Of a stretch of DNA of 64,000 nucleotides, positions 27,412 through 36,758 are shown in pieces (the first letter of the stretch is position 1; the number at the start of each line of letters is the position of its first letter). The position numbers were made by a program, and so were the translations under genes. Under the pieces are notes generated by a model. The model did not search any database, was not told the origin of the DNA, and saw nothing but the letters and a program-made list of their open reading frames with translations. The stretch is from a virus. The stretch lies in the IMG/VR virus record IMGVR_UViG_3300009149_000016, positions 43,137 through 107,136 of that record, one strand, 5' to 3'.

Positions 27412-27445
27412 TTGATTGGCTTGGGCACCATGTCTTATGGGGTGC
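27412..27445 (+). promoter_or_regulatory. putative promoter TTGATT-N17-TTATGG-GGTGC-ATG
   Basis: Same architecture as 8838-8871. Confidence 0.6.
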
Positions 27446-27700
27446 ATGGAGCCTTTCAACGTTACGACCGAGACCACCCACCACCGACTAACTGCCGTGG
27501 TCATCCGTGAGGAGAACAGCGGACGTCGTTGGCGAAGCAACCGTGCGTTTGGCTCGGAGATGAGCGCCACCCGTTTCGCTATCGAACAGGTGGTTCCGGC
27601 GCTTCAAAAAGGTGCTCACCCGGGCACATCCACCAAGTGGACGGAGATCGAGCCGGTTCACCAGAGCCCGGCCTGGTACCTGCAACAGCGGGCAGGCTAA
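27446..27700 (+). CDS. hypothetical protein (84 aa)
   Basis: Fills the gap between SNF2 and MazG genes; shares the upstream motif of the SWIM gene. Confidence 0.6.
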   Translation: MEPFNVTTETTHHRLTAVVIREENSGRRWRSNRAFGSEMSATRFAIEQVVPALQKGAHPGTSTKWTEIEPVHQSPAWYLQQRAG

Positions 27701-28098
27701 GCCTGCTTGCCTCCGTGGCGAAAGGATCGCGTCTGATTGTACGCATCCTTGACCGCCACCGCCTTGCCGATGTCCACCCCGTAGAAGCCCGCCATATCGA
27801 GCGCTCGGATGATCACGTCGGCAAGCTCTTCCTCGAAATACGTGAGCGGCTCTAGCCCCAGCGCTTTCATCTCTTCAGCCTTGTCGCAGGGCTCGTTGAG
27901 GAGACCCTTTCGATAGGCGGTCCAGATCTCAGCCACCTCTTCGTGAAGGTTGGACGTGTAACGACCGACCCCCTGGGCTTCCAACTCTGGGTCGTGGAAG
28001 CCTTTTGCGGTGTGGATCTTGAGGATGTGGTCGCCGAGCGTGTTGAGGATGACCAAATCGAGCGGCTGGTACTGCTTGTATGGAGTCTGGTCAGACAT
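27697..28098 (-). CDS. MazG-like all-alpha NTP pyrophosphohydrolase
   Basis: HEEVAE...EEELADVIIRALD...K.AYN..R...HGGK. Confidence 0.85.
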   Translation of the reverse strand: MSDQTPYKQYQPLDLVILNTLGDHILKIHTAKGFHDPELEAQGVGRYTSNLHEEVAEIWTAYRKGLLNEPCDKAEEMKALGLEPLTYFEEELADVIIRALDMAGFYGVDIGKAVAVKDAYNQTRSFRHGGKQA

Positions 28099-28324
28099 GC
28101 CCGGATCTTACACCCTTGAAGGGTATGAATCGAGCAAGACGACGGCCTTCAGGCCAATCGACGATCTCATTCCACATCTCAAGCGGACGGATCCACGTGC
28201 CCTCTTGGTCCATGTTGACGTAGACCACCATCTTGGACTGGTCCTCCGAGTGTTTCCCCACCGCAATGACCTGGTACAGACCGCCCTTGAAGTGTCGGTA
28301 GAGTTTGCCAACTTTCGGTTGCAT
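28091..28324 (-). CDS. DUF1653 family protein
   Basis: YRHFKGGLYQV...HSE...VVY...WIRPLEMW...RF; start at 28324 (alternative 28330). Confidence 0.85.
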   Translation of the reverse strand: MQPKVGKLYRHFKGGLYQVIAVGKHSEDQSKMVVYVNMDQEGTWIRPLEMWNEIVDWPEGRRLARFIPFKGVRSGHV

Positions 28325-28353
28325 GCTCATACCCTACACCCCTTAAATTAGTT

Positions 28354-28444
28354 GGGCCCTGGTTGAGTTGTCAGGGCCCGAATATAGGCACAGTTGAGTT
28401 GTCGCGCCTACTAGAGCGGCCATAGTTGAGTTGTCATGCCCGCT
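28354..28444 (-). repeat. three tandem stem-loops with identical ACAACUCAAC loop (candidate structured RNA or iteron array)
   Basis: GTTGAGTTGTC at 28362, 28393 and 28425, each flanked by a different inverted repeat. Confidence 0.85.
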
Positions 28445-28478
28445 ACAAGAATCAAAGTATCGTTCGGGGAGCGAATTG

Positions 28479-29771
28479 TCAAGTGGGTTCCAAGCAGATC
28501 GTGACATTCGCATGGCGGCGAGACACGTTGAACTTGCGCTGGAAGGGCTCGGATCGAACGCCTGTGGACGAATCGAGCGCGTACATCTGCACCCTGCTTG
28601 CAATCTCAGAGGAATCCAGGTTGAGTCCAGCCCCCTTGGTGACTTCCAGAGATACGTGAATGTTGTGCGGACCGTCCACGTTATCCCAAGCATCCCAGCC
28701 CACAGAGGAGATCGACTTGCGCCGGGAAGGAATTCCCCGTGTGCCGACGTACTCCCCGATCACCCGAATCGAACCGCCTTGGTCAACACCGATCCCGAAG
28801 TGGTCGATCCCGTAGGGCTTCAGGTAGAATGCGTAGAAGGTGTCGGGGCCAGCAACGCGTGTGAGGGGGTAAACAACCAGTCCCTCACGGTGCTGGTTGA
28901 AGTATCGACCGCCTCGAAGGTCTGCCATGGTTTCGAGAGTCCTGACGGTCGGAGACGGTAGTCCTTGAAGCCCGAAGAACCGAGGCGTTCCGACTTGGAA
29001 GGTATCGCCGACGCCCGTTGCGGCGTAGTTGGCGGTTCCTGTGTTGTACGCCTGGCGTTGAGTCGAACCCGAGATCACGTAGGACCCCACCTTGGGTTGA
29101 TGGTAGAGGTTCTTTTTGGTGTGAGACCAGATAAGGCATGAACTGTTCAAGGGGGCCACAGGTGTGACGATTGAGTGAAATGCGTTCATGAAGTCACGAC
29201 CGGGCTCCGTGAAGGCATCGGTCCAATGACCGCCACCGCCTTCAAACGCAGTATCGATTCCACACGTTGGCGGAAGCCCACTACGATAACGCCGGTTGTA
29301 GGAGCCGCCCCCTCGCATGCTGCTGTACATCCGGTTGTGGCAAGAGACCCGAACTTGGTTCATGTCGGGGTCGAACACCTCGAAGACCCGAACCACAGCT
29401 TGGTCATCGAAAAAACCGCCGCTCGACGCCGTGTTGGCCCAAACATAGGAGATCACCTCAGCAATCGTGCCTTGTGCTTGATAGTGTTTCGTCCCGGTGC
29501 CGCCTGGAAAGTCGATCTCGAAGAACGCACCTTGCAAAGTGTCGTCCCACTGCTGTGCCGTGTGGCCCGGGGTGACTGCATTTGCGCTCACGGTGATTGG
29601 ACGCGTTCGCAAGTAAAACGTGATTTGGTCCGTCTGCCGCAAGTACCAGCGAGGACGACGGGTCCATGTCTGAGTCACGTTGTCCCACTGCCAAATCGTG
29701 CGCTCAGCGTCGACGTAAACTTGACGGGGCGATGTCGGGATTGGCTTTGTGACGGTGTTCCACTCAAACAT
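28479..29771 (-). CDS. hypothetical protein, probably virion-associated
   Basis: Beta-rich 430-aa ORF at the end of the late block; AGGA RBS. Confidence 0.65.
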   Translation of the reverse strand: MFEWNTVTKPIPTSPRQVYVDAERTIWQWDNVTQTWTRRPRWYLRQTDQITFYLRTRPITVSANAVTPGHTAQQWDDTLQGAFFEIDFPGGTGTKHYQAQGTIAEVISYVWANTASSGGFFDDQAVVRVFEVFDPDMNQVRVSCHNRMYSSMRGGGSYNRRYRSGLPPTCGIDTAFEGGGGHWTDAFTEPGRDFMNAFHSIVTPVAPLNSSCLIWSHTKKNLYHQPKVGSYVISGSTQRQAYNTGTANYAATGVGDTFQVGTPRFFGLQGLPSPTVRTLETMADLRGGRYFNQHREGLVVYPLTRVAGPDTFYAFYLKPYGIDHFGIGVDQGGSIRVIGEYVGTRGIPSRRKSISSVGWDAWDNVDGPHNIHVSLEVTKGAGLNLDSSEIASRVQMYALDSSTGVRSEPFQRKFNVSRRHANVTICLEPT

Positions 29772-29816
29772 GATGTGTCCTTAGTTGCAGGTATCGGACT
29801 GCACTCCGCTGGTCAA

Positions 29817-30401
29817 TTAGAAGGCGAACCAGAGCCCAAAGTGAGGGTTGTGTGTCCAGGATGCCCAAGCCAGTGCATAGCCTGCGTGCGCCCCGAAGTT
29901 CTTGGTGACATCGACCCCAAAGCTCAAGCCTGTCGACCTGATCCCGACGTTGGCGTTGAGGTTGGCCCACTGCCAATGGAAGAAATCGAGCATGGCAGAG
30001 ATCTCAAGACCCTCACGCAAGTCCTTGGCGTTCCACGCCTCGACCGCCAAAAGCCCCATCGCCGCCTTGGGTCGCAGCCGAAAGCCCCACGTTGAAGGCT
30101 CGACCATCCCCACCACGACATCGATCTTGCCCGCAGCGTCGGCTTCGTACGTGCACCACTGCATCCGCAGCTTGTATGGATGAGGCTGGGCGCCCGAGTA
30201 GAAGATGCGTCCCTCACGATCACGGATGATGGTGATCGGATCCAACTCGAAAGTCGGGTCCTGGGTCTGCAAGCACTTCTTTTCCTTCAGAAGCTCGACG
30301 AACACGTTCATGTCCGGCTCTGGGACACAGGTTCCGTCAGGGCATTCTTGCGCCGCAGCGAGCGACGGAAGGAAAACGAGCGCTAGGGGGGCCCACCGCA
30401 T
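29817..30401 (-). CDS. signal-peptide protein with C-terminal amphipathic beta-strands (putative outer-membrane protein)
   Basis: MRWAPLALVFLPSLAAA|Q signal peptide; ends FGLWFAF; GGAG RBS. Confidence 0.65.
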   Translation of the reverse strand: MRWAPLALVFLPSLAAAQECPDGTCVPEPDMNVFVELLKEKKCLQTQDPTFELDPITIIRDREGRIFYSGAQPHPYKLRMQWCTYEADAAGKIDVVVGMVEPSTWGFRLRPKAAMGLLAVEAWNAKDLREGLEISAMLDFFHWQWANLNANVGIRSTGLSFGVDVTKNFGAHAGYALAWASWTHNPHFGLWFAF

Positions 30402-30751
30402 CACTTCTCCCGATAGTAGGAGTAGACCTTGGGGGCGTTCTTCGACTTGTAGGCGTCCAACTTGGTCTTGAGCGCCGTCCACAAGCGAGGGTCGGACCCA
30501 AGATGGTTGGAGATGAGCCGGTAGCGTCCCCAGTTCGTGATCAGTTCTTCCAACTTGAACGGAAGCTTTTCCAATGCACCAAGGGACTTGAGCCATGGCA
30601 TCAAGATGTGGTTTCGCCCAAAAACCAAAGCGATCTGCTCAATCGCAACGACAACGTCACCTCGGTGAGGCACCGTCACTCTGTCTTTCAACAGTTGCTG
30701 GGCTTCCATCTTGACGTCGACGGGGAGCTTGAGATCTGCTGTCGGATTCAT
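30401..30751 (-). CDS. hypothetical protein
   Basis: Coupled on both sides; ends VYSYYREK. Confidence 0.6.
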   Translation of the reverse strand: MNPTADLKLPVDVKMEAQQLLKDRVTVPHRGDVVVAIEQIALVFGRNHILMPWLKSLGALEKLPFKLEELITNWGRYRLISNHLGSDPRLWTALKTKLDAYKSKNAPKVYSYYREK

Positions 30752-31023
30752 CGCACCACCGAAATTGCTTTTTCGAGAATCTTCCGAGCATCCGCAGAGG
30801 CCCTCGCTGGAGTGTCCCCCTCACCCGTGACAACAGGGGCACCCCCACCGAAGTACAACGCGCAGAACCATTTGTTGGACAAGGGGCCATACCCTTTTTT
30901 CATGGTCGCACGACCAATCTTCCTTCCTTTCGCAACCAAAGGAAGGGTGAAGCCCTCAGCCCCGGAGATGTCATCTACCCAAGGTTTCCAAGCAGCGATG
31001 TGGGTTCGGTCGTAGGAGTACAT
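30748..31023 (-). CDS. hypothetical protein
   Basis: Starts MYSYDR; coupled on both sides. Confidence 0.6.
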   Translation of the reverse strand: MYSYDRTHIAAWKPWVDDISGAEGFTLPLVAKGRKIGRATMKKGYGPLSNKWFCALYFGGGAPVVTGEGDTPARASADARKILEKAISVVR

Positions 31024-31541
31024 CACTCACCGTATTTCTTCAAAAGATCATCGACGTCCTTGCCCGTCACCGGGCTGCTGTCCTTGACCGTGACAACGGT
31101 GATCTCTGGGCTCACAATCACGACTTGGTCGACATCCTTGGCCTTGACGCCGTCAGGAAGCTCGATCTCGATCGTCTCTTCACCCGGGGGAGTAATCTTC
31201 ACGACGTCAGGATCGTCGAAAAGACCAGGAAGCTCGACAGGGACCACCTTGGCTTGGGTGACGCCCTTCGAATCAGGTGTGCCCGGCCGGATGATGTTGC
31301 CATCCTTGTCGACTCGACCCTCCGGAATGGAGTTGGCAATGTCGATGGCGCGCTTGGCCGACTTCCGGTCACGCCCAAAAAGCTTGCCGAGAAGCCCACC
31401 GATCTGAGGCTTGAACCCCAAAACGATGAGAAGCCCGGCGCCGACCACGATGAGGATGGCGACACCCGGAGCGAAGATCGTACGAGAGATCTTCTTTAGC
31501 CATCGCCAGGTGGCTTGCCAGAAGGTCTCTTCCTCGCTCAT
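31023..31541 (-). CDS. N-terminally membrane-anchored protein
   Basis: IFAPGVAILIVVGAGLLIVLGF hydrophobic helix; ATGA overlap at 31541. Confidence 0.7.
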   Translation of the reverse strand: MSEEETFWQATWRWLKKISRTIFAPGVAILIVVGAGLLIVLGFKPQIGGLLGKLFGRDRKSAKRAIDIANSIPEGRVDKDGNIIRPGTPDSKGVTQAKVVPVELPGLFDDPDVVKITPPGEETIEIELPDGVKAKDVDQVVIVSPEITVVTVKDSSPVTGKDVDDLLKKYGE

Positions 31542-31735
31542 TTTCTTTCCTGAACGGGGATTGCCCCCGCTTCCCAAGCCGCCAGCTTCTGAAGTTGCTT
31601 CATGATGACCTTGGCTTGAAGCTGGTCCATGATCGGGTTGGCGAGCATCGCCTTGAGGTGGGTCCGGCGCGTAGCAGCGGCTTCGCGCCGCTGCTGTGGG
31701 CTCAGATCCAAGTAGGACATGTGCTTGACGCTCAT
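31538..31735 (-). CDS. hypothetical protein (65 aa)
   Basis: AGGAG RBS. Confidence 0.6.
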   Translation of the reverse strand: MSVKHMSYLDLSPQQRREAAATRRTHLKAMLANPIMDQLQAKVIMKQLQKLAAWEAGAIPVQERK

Positions 31736-31743
31736 GGTAGCTC

Positions 31744-34700
31744 CTAGAAGTCGATGTCGTAGATGGCCGGGCTCAGGGTGATGGTGTTCGGATCAAGCTC
31801 GAAACGAACGTTGTCCCGAACCAGAGGGTGACCCTCAATCCGGTAGAAGTCCGCTGCCGAGTAGCCTTCACCCGTTCCCTGCGTACCGATGAGGGCCATT
31901 GCCAAACTTGAGATTGTGATGTCCTGCACCGTCGTGGTGATGAGCATCATCAATTCGTCGCCCGCCGAGACTTCTGTTGACGACACACTTGTGACCGTGT
32001 TGCGCACCAAGTGCGCATGCCCGGTCAGGCTCCGTGTGTGTCCAGCGCCACCACCGTTGATGAGTTGGTGACTCGTGAAGCATTCACCGCCAGGACGGAA
32101 GCCGGATCCAGAGAACGCACTTCCACCCCGATTGACTCGGTAGTTCGTAAGGAGGCTGTAGTTGGCCGGCTCACCATCCACATGGATGATGACGTCGCCA
32201 GCTTGCCCGCTCACGAGGTGGACGTTGGAGAGGTTGACTTCTCGAACGCCCAAGGTCGATTCAGGGGCGAGACTCGTGGCAAACACGCCGGGGGTTGCGT
32301 TGCCCCAGTAAATGAACGGGCTGTCATGTGCGGCTCCAACCTTGTCTCCCCGGAAGTCCTTGTCCCGGTACAGAGCACCGATTGGCAGAGTTTCCGTGCA
32401 GCCAAGATAGGTCGTCGAGACGGCGAACATGTCTTCCGAAGTGCCGCCCGGGTAGAACAAGGGACGATCCTGCAAGACGCTGGTCGGGGGATACGCAAAA
32501 GGATCCTCGTAGCCCACGTTGCGGAAGTCCGGCAGGTTCGTGTTGACCGAGTCACCGCTCAAGCGGCCGGTTCCGAGCGTCGTGGTGAAGCCAACCGAAG
32601 CCAGGACTTCGAACATCTTCTGGTCGGGCCGGGTGAGGTTGGTCTCGTCGAGGCGCGTTGAATCCACCTGGAAGGCCAGTGCTGTTGTCATGGGGCCCGG
32701 CTTGTATGGGTTGTCCATGTAGTTCGACCCGCTGCCCCATGCATCGCCCTGGTAGGGGGTGCGGCTGTAGTTCACCAAGATCTGGTCGGACACAGCCGGG
32801 GGTGCCGGAACGATGAGGCTGGGGTTATCGAAAGCTCCCGCCACGGGCAAGCCGATGTTGGCGTACCGGTCAACGATGCTGTTTGCCTGTTGACGCTCAC
32901 GGGTCGTCAGAAGGCGGAATTCCCCTTCCAAGTCGAAGCTTCCACGGTCGAACCCGAAGATGCTTGCTTCGATGACGAAGTGCGCCGTATCGAAGTCCGT
33001 AATCGGATTGGGGCTGCGGTCCAAGTCGATCGCGTCCCGGTTGAGAATGAACGTCGAGTCGCCATCTTCGTCAAGCTCGACCCAGAAGGTCGGCCCATCG
33101 AAGTCTTGCCGAAGCAAGTTCGTGGCGTCGGTGTTGTCAAGTTCACGAGTCGACAGGCTGTAGTTGGAACCTGCCGCCTTGTAGTCTTCGGATTCGTAGA
33201 CGGAGAACAGCCGAGCGATGCCGTAGAAGGGAGGAAGCTCCAAGCCTTCTCGACCCATTCCCCGGCTGTCCGTGTAGTGCTGCATTCCGGCGAGAGAGAT
33301 TGCACCGTACAGGAACTTGGAATTGTAGATGGCCGGCGCCGAAGTGTTCAGGTCGACCGTCGAGAACGTTGCGAACGATGCGGTTCCTGTCCCCGTGTAC
33401 GGAATGTAGTTCCGCTCGGAGTTGGGCATCGTGGTCGCTTGGCCCTTGGTGGACAGGACCATGTAGTTGACGCCCTCGTAGAAGGGGGCGACGTCCAGAT
33501 GCCGGATCGGAACCCGAACCGCACCCCAACCAGGGATAAGCTCCCGGGGGGCCGTCACGAAGATGTTCTTCATGAAGTAGGAGTTGCCGCCCGACCAAGT
33601 CGAACCATTGAAAAGCTCCAAGGGGTCTGTGTTGGTCCACTTGGGAACGACAGCAAAACCGTCCCACCGGTCCATGGGCATCAAACCGAAGCACTCACGG
33701 AAGTAATAATTAACGCCCAACGTTGGGAACGCTGTGGGAATGATCCGATCCACCGTGACAACGTTGACCGCCACTGACCGAACTGTGTAGAAGCCGTTCC
33801 ACGGACCGGGCTGTACGATGGTCAGTTGCATCCCTTCGACGACGCCCAAAGCCACGAAGTCCACGGTGGTATCCGTGAGCGTATCGCCCATCACACCCAA
33901 TTGACCTTGGTTGTTACCATACAGGTCGATGGGGATCGGGTTTGCCGACACGCCGTCGTAGGTGAGGTATTCGGCCGGCATCTGCACACGACGGAACGGG
34001 GAGAGGATGACCGTCTTGCTCGACGGGTCCGCATAGGCTTCTGCCGTCACCGGAAGCAACCCGCTGTACAAGTCGTTGCGGTAGCGGGACCAAAGAGCCG
34101 TCCAAGCCGTTCGAAGATCAATGTTGTGGGTCGGAATTCCGACCTGTTGAACCATCGCATCCGAAGGGGGGTCGAGGTAGGCGACATTCTGAAGTGAACC
34201 AGGTCGACGGCTCAATCCACGCCCGGGGCCGTACATGACATGGAAGCCAATGTAAAGCTGAGCTTCCGTGCCGGCTGGGAAGTCAGAACCGAGTGTGATT
34301 TCGATAGCCTCGTTCGGCGTGGGGTCGGCCGGGGTGACCGTGAAGAACGTCGAGCTTTCAAGAGGTTCAGACTGTCCTTCGATCCGAAGCTCGATGACAT
34401 TAGGCATGTTCGTGATGAACCGCACCTGATCTTGATCGCCGCCCGGGAGGCCTGCCTTGAAGTCGCTGATATTGATCCGGAGCACGTCGCCAGGGTTGAA
34501 CTGACCAGCGACTGAACGCACCGATTGGAAAACATCCACGCCGAGTGTCCAGGTCACACCCACTTGCGCCGGAAGCACCAACCCGTTGGGCTTGGCAACC
34601 GTGTAGACCCGCTGGAGACTCGCTGCATCTGAGAACACCTGGCGGATGTTGTCCGGTCCGTCGAGAAGCGTGATGCCAGTCGAAATGCCCGAGCCCACCG

Positions 34701-36078
34701 GAGCGATTTTGTCCTGGTAGGGAATGAACGGTCCTTGGGGTCCAGCGCCCGTGCGCTTCCAATTGCCCCGCATCTCGGCACGCAAGAGCTTGTCGAGGTT
34801 CGCCGTCAAAAGCGCTTGGTAGTCGAACCTGTTCGGATTGACTGCATGACGCAAGTCGAGGATGTCCGTCGAGTTGATTTGGTCGGAGAACAAGCCGTCA
34901 GGACGAATCGCCAAGAGCTTGACTTCGTCGCCAGCCTTGTGGGTTTCCGCCCGGGTCTGGTACTGCGCCCGAGCGTCGATCGAGACCGTCGTGCCGGTGA
35001 TCGTTGCGTAGGTCAGGATCTCATCGCCGATCTGAAGGGCGACCGGCGTGGCAGGGGTCGTGGGCAGCGGGATGTCAGCCACAGAAGCCAACGTGAAGGT
35101 CATGTCCGTCTTGGACATGTCGGCTCCGAGCGTCGGGGTCGTGGTGAAGGTCGTGTAGCCGGTCCGGTCGACAGCGGTCGGGTTGCGGTCAAACCCTCCG
35201 TTGAGGTTCTGACTGGGCTCACCGTTCCATGGGACCGAGTTGCGGCGGAACACAGCGGAGATCGGCACGGCGTAGACGTAGCCATCCACAGTGCCCAGGG
35301 AGTTGGCCGTCCCGTCGCCAGCACGCCACAGTCCAGGGTCGTTGAGTTCCTTGCGCATGTTCTCGTACACGAAGCTCGTCGGCGCCGTTGCCCCGCCCTG
35401 CGCTTTGACCACAGACGGATCGAAGCCATCCGGGTAGGAAGCAAGACCAACGAGGCCCGTGACGACCCGAATCCTGTACTGAAGCTGGACCCGCTGCGTG
35501 GTCTCGAAGCCAATGGCCGGGTCCTGAATGTCGTCGGGCAGATACGTGTAACCACCCTCGACGTTGCCGTACCGGTAGACCGAGGATGCGGCTGGCTTGT
35601 TGAGCGTGGACGGATCTGGCGGGATCCGAGCTTTCCAAACTTCCAGGAAGATGTAATCGATCCGGAAGTCGCCCGAGTTGGCCGGGGGCGGCGAAAGCGT
35701 CACGAGGTTGTAGGTGTCGGTGTCGTTGGGGCTGCCGGGTGGGGTTCCGGTGTGAGTCCCGGTCACTGGGATGAGCCAGCCATTGACAACCGCCCACATG
35801 ACGGCTTGTTTCTCGCCGACACGTTGCCGTCCGAATTGGAACCAGTTCGACCAAATGGGATTCGTGATGAAATCCTGGTCGGGGTTCGTTTCGTTTCCAA
35901 GGAACCCGGAAGGGCACCCACTGAGCATAATCTTGCGATCCCACTGGTCGCTGATCTGCTCCATCAAATTCAACTCTGCATCGAGCGGCGGCTTGCCCTT
36001 TTGCCAAATGGGCATCGTGAATCCCGATGCCGTTGGATCCAGAACTCTCGAAACCCCACTCCCGTAGTTGTCAGCCAT
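31744..36078 (-). CDS. large virion structural protein (tail/baseplate), paralog of 45791-48361
   Basis: 1444 aa; N-terminal WQKGKPPLDAELN and several motifs shared with the 856-aa protein. Confidence 0.75.
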   Translation of the reverse strand: MADNYGSGVSRVLDPTASGFTMPIWQKGKPPLDAELNLMEQISDQWDRKIMLSGCPSGFLGNETNPDQDFITNPIWSNWFQFGRQRVGEKQAVMWAVVNGWLIPVTGTHTGTPPGSPNDTDTYNLVTLSPPPANSGDFRIDYIFLEVWKARIPPDPSTLNKPAASSVYRYGNVEGGYTYLPDDIQDPAIGFETTQRVQLQYRIRVVTGLVGLASYPDGFDPSVVKAQGGATAPTSFVYENMRKELNDPGLWRAGDGTANSLGTVDGYVYAVPISAVFRRNSVPWNGEPSQNLNGGFDRNPTAVDRTGYTTFTTTPTLGADMSKTDMTFTLASVADIPLPTTPATPVALQIGDEILTYATITGTTVSIDARAQYQTRAETHKAGDEVKLLAIRPDGLFSDQINSTDILDLRHAVNPNRFDYQALLTANLDKLLRAEMRGNWKRTGAGPQGPFIPYQDKIAPVGSGISTGITLLDGPDNIRQVFSDAASLQRVYTVAKPNGLVLPAQVGVTWTLGVDVFQSVRSVAGQFNPGDVLRINISDFKAGLPGGDQDQVRFITNMPNVIELRIEGQSEPLESSTFFTVTPADPTPNEAIEITLGSDFPAGTEAQLYIGFHVMYGPGRGLSRRPGSLQNVAYLDPPSDAMVQQVGIPTHNIDLRTAWTALWSRYRNDLYSGLLPVTAEAYADPSSKTVILSPFRRVQMPAEYLTYDGVSANPIPIDLYGNNQGQLGVMGDTLTDTTVDFVALGVVEGMQLTIVQPGPWNGFYTVRSVAVNVVTVDRIIPTAFPTLGVNYYFRECFGLMPMDRWDGFAVVPKWTNTDPLELFNGSTWSGGNSYFMKNIFVTAPRELIPGWGAVRVPIRHLDVAPFYEGVNYMVLSTKGQATTMPNSERNYIPYTGTGTASFATFSTVDLNTSAPAIYNSKFLYGAISLAGMQHYTDSRGMGREGLELPPFYGIARLFSVYESEDYKAAGSNYSLSTRELDNTDATNLLRQDFDGPTFWVELDEDGDSTFILNRDAIDLDRSPNPITDFDTAHFVIEASIFGFDRGSFDLEGEFRLLTTRERQQANSIVDRYANIGLPVAGAFDNPSLIVPAPPAVSDQILVNYSRTPYQGDAWGSGSNYMDNPYKPGPMTTALAFQVDSTRLDETNLTRPDQKMFEVLASVGFTTTLGTGRLSGDSVNTNLPDFRNVGYEDPFAYPPTSVLQDRPLFYPGGTSEDMFAVSTTYLGCTETLPIGALYRDKDFRGDKVGAAHDSPFIYWGNATPGVFATSLAPESTLGVREVNLSNVHLVSGQAGDVIIHVDGEPANYSLLTNYRVNRGGSAFSGSGFRPGGECFTSHQLINGGGAGHTRSLTGHAHLVRNTVTSVSSTEVSAGDELMMLITTTVQDITISSLAMALIGTQGTGEGYSAADFYRIEGHPLVRDNVRFELDPNTITLSPAIYDIDF

Positions 36079-36122
36079 GGTCTACATCGTCTCCGATAGG
36101 ATGTCTGCTAAGAGTCCAGATC

Positions 36123-36758
36123 TTAGTAAATCACCGCCCAAGATCCCAGCCCGATGACGGTGCCCGGGGTGGAATTCGTAATGCGGATCACGAAGTTCGT
36201 TCCTTGGTGCGGGGGTGGGATGTTCAAAAAGCCGCCGTCGGTCGCCGGGTAGAAGTTCACCCCGTTGTTGAAGCTCACCTCACACGTCGTGACCAAGTCG
36301 GTTGTCGCTTCTTTGTACGTTCGCTGGAAACGCCCCGTCGTCGAATCCGTGTCGAGCCACTCGTTGGCTTCCCAAACGATCGTTGCTTGCGCAGGCGCCG
36401 GGCCCGTCAGAGAGACGGCCACCGACTCCATGAGCCCGCCTGGGTACAATGAGACTGAACCCCGGTCACCAAACTTGCCAGCGGTGCCAACTGCCGCCGT
36501 GTTGATGTCGGTCGAGTCGAGAAGATCGTCATAGGTGATCCGAGTCGCCAAGCCGGCGTACTGCCCCAAGATCCCTTGGTATTTCTTCGTGAGAAGATCG
36601 CCAAGGTTGGTAGGGTCACGCACCGGAATGCCCTCGCCGACCCGAACAATGAAGCTTCCGCCCGCCTCCGTCTCCCCATTTTCAGACAAGCGGACATCGT
36701 TGATCCCGCTCGCGCTGATTGGGTTGCCGAAGATGTCGACGAGGTAGTGTGTGCTCAT
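36123..36758 (-). CDS. putative virion protein (211 aa)
   Basis: Beta-rich; coupled to the upstream giant ORF. Confidence 0.65.
   Translation of the reverse strand: MSTHYLVDIFGNPISASGINDVRLSENGETEAGGSFIVRVGEGIPVRDPTNLGDLLTKKYQGILGQYAGLATRITYDDLLDSTDINTAAVGTAGKFGDRGSVSLYPGGLMESVAVSLTGPAPAQATIVWEANEWLDTDSTTGRFQRTYKEATTDLVTTCEVSFNNGVNFYPATDGGFLNIPPPHQGTNFVIRITNSTPGTVIGLGSWAVIY

Larger units (their letters stand above)
2733..28340 (-). promoter_or_regulatory. dispersed GGTGTAG motif upstream of start codons (span covers first to last copy)
   Basis: Plus-strand CTACACC at 2733, 5495, 8854, 13166, 17008, 17445, 17690, 28334; variants at 27403 (CTACACT) and 28108 (TTACACC). Confidence 0.7.

Noticed and set aside
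28354-28444. Triple repeat as a CRISPR mini-array or TIGR array
   Set aside because: The repeat is only 11 nt, the variable flanks are self-complementary rather than spacer-like, and no cas or Nop-domain gene is in the window.
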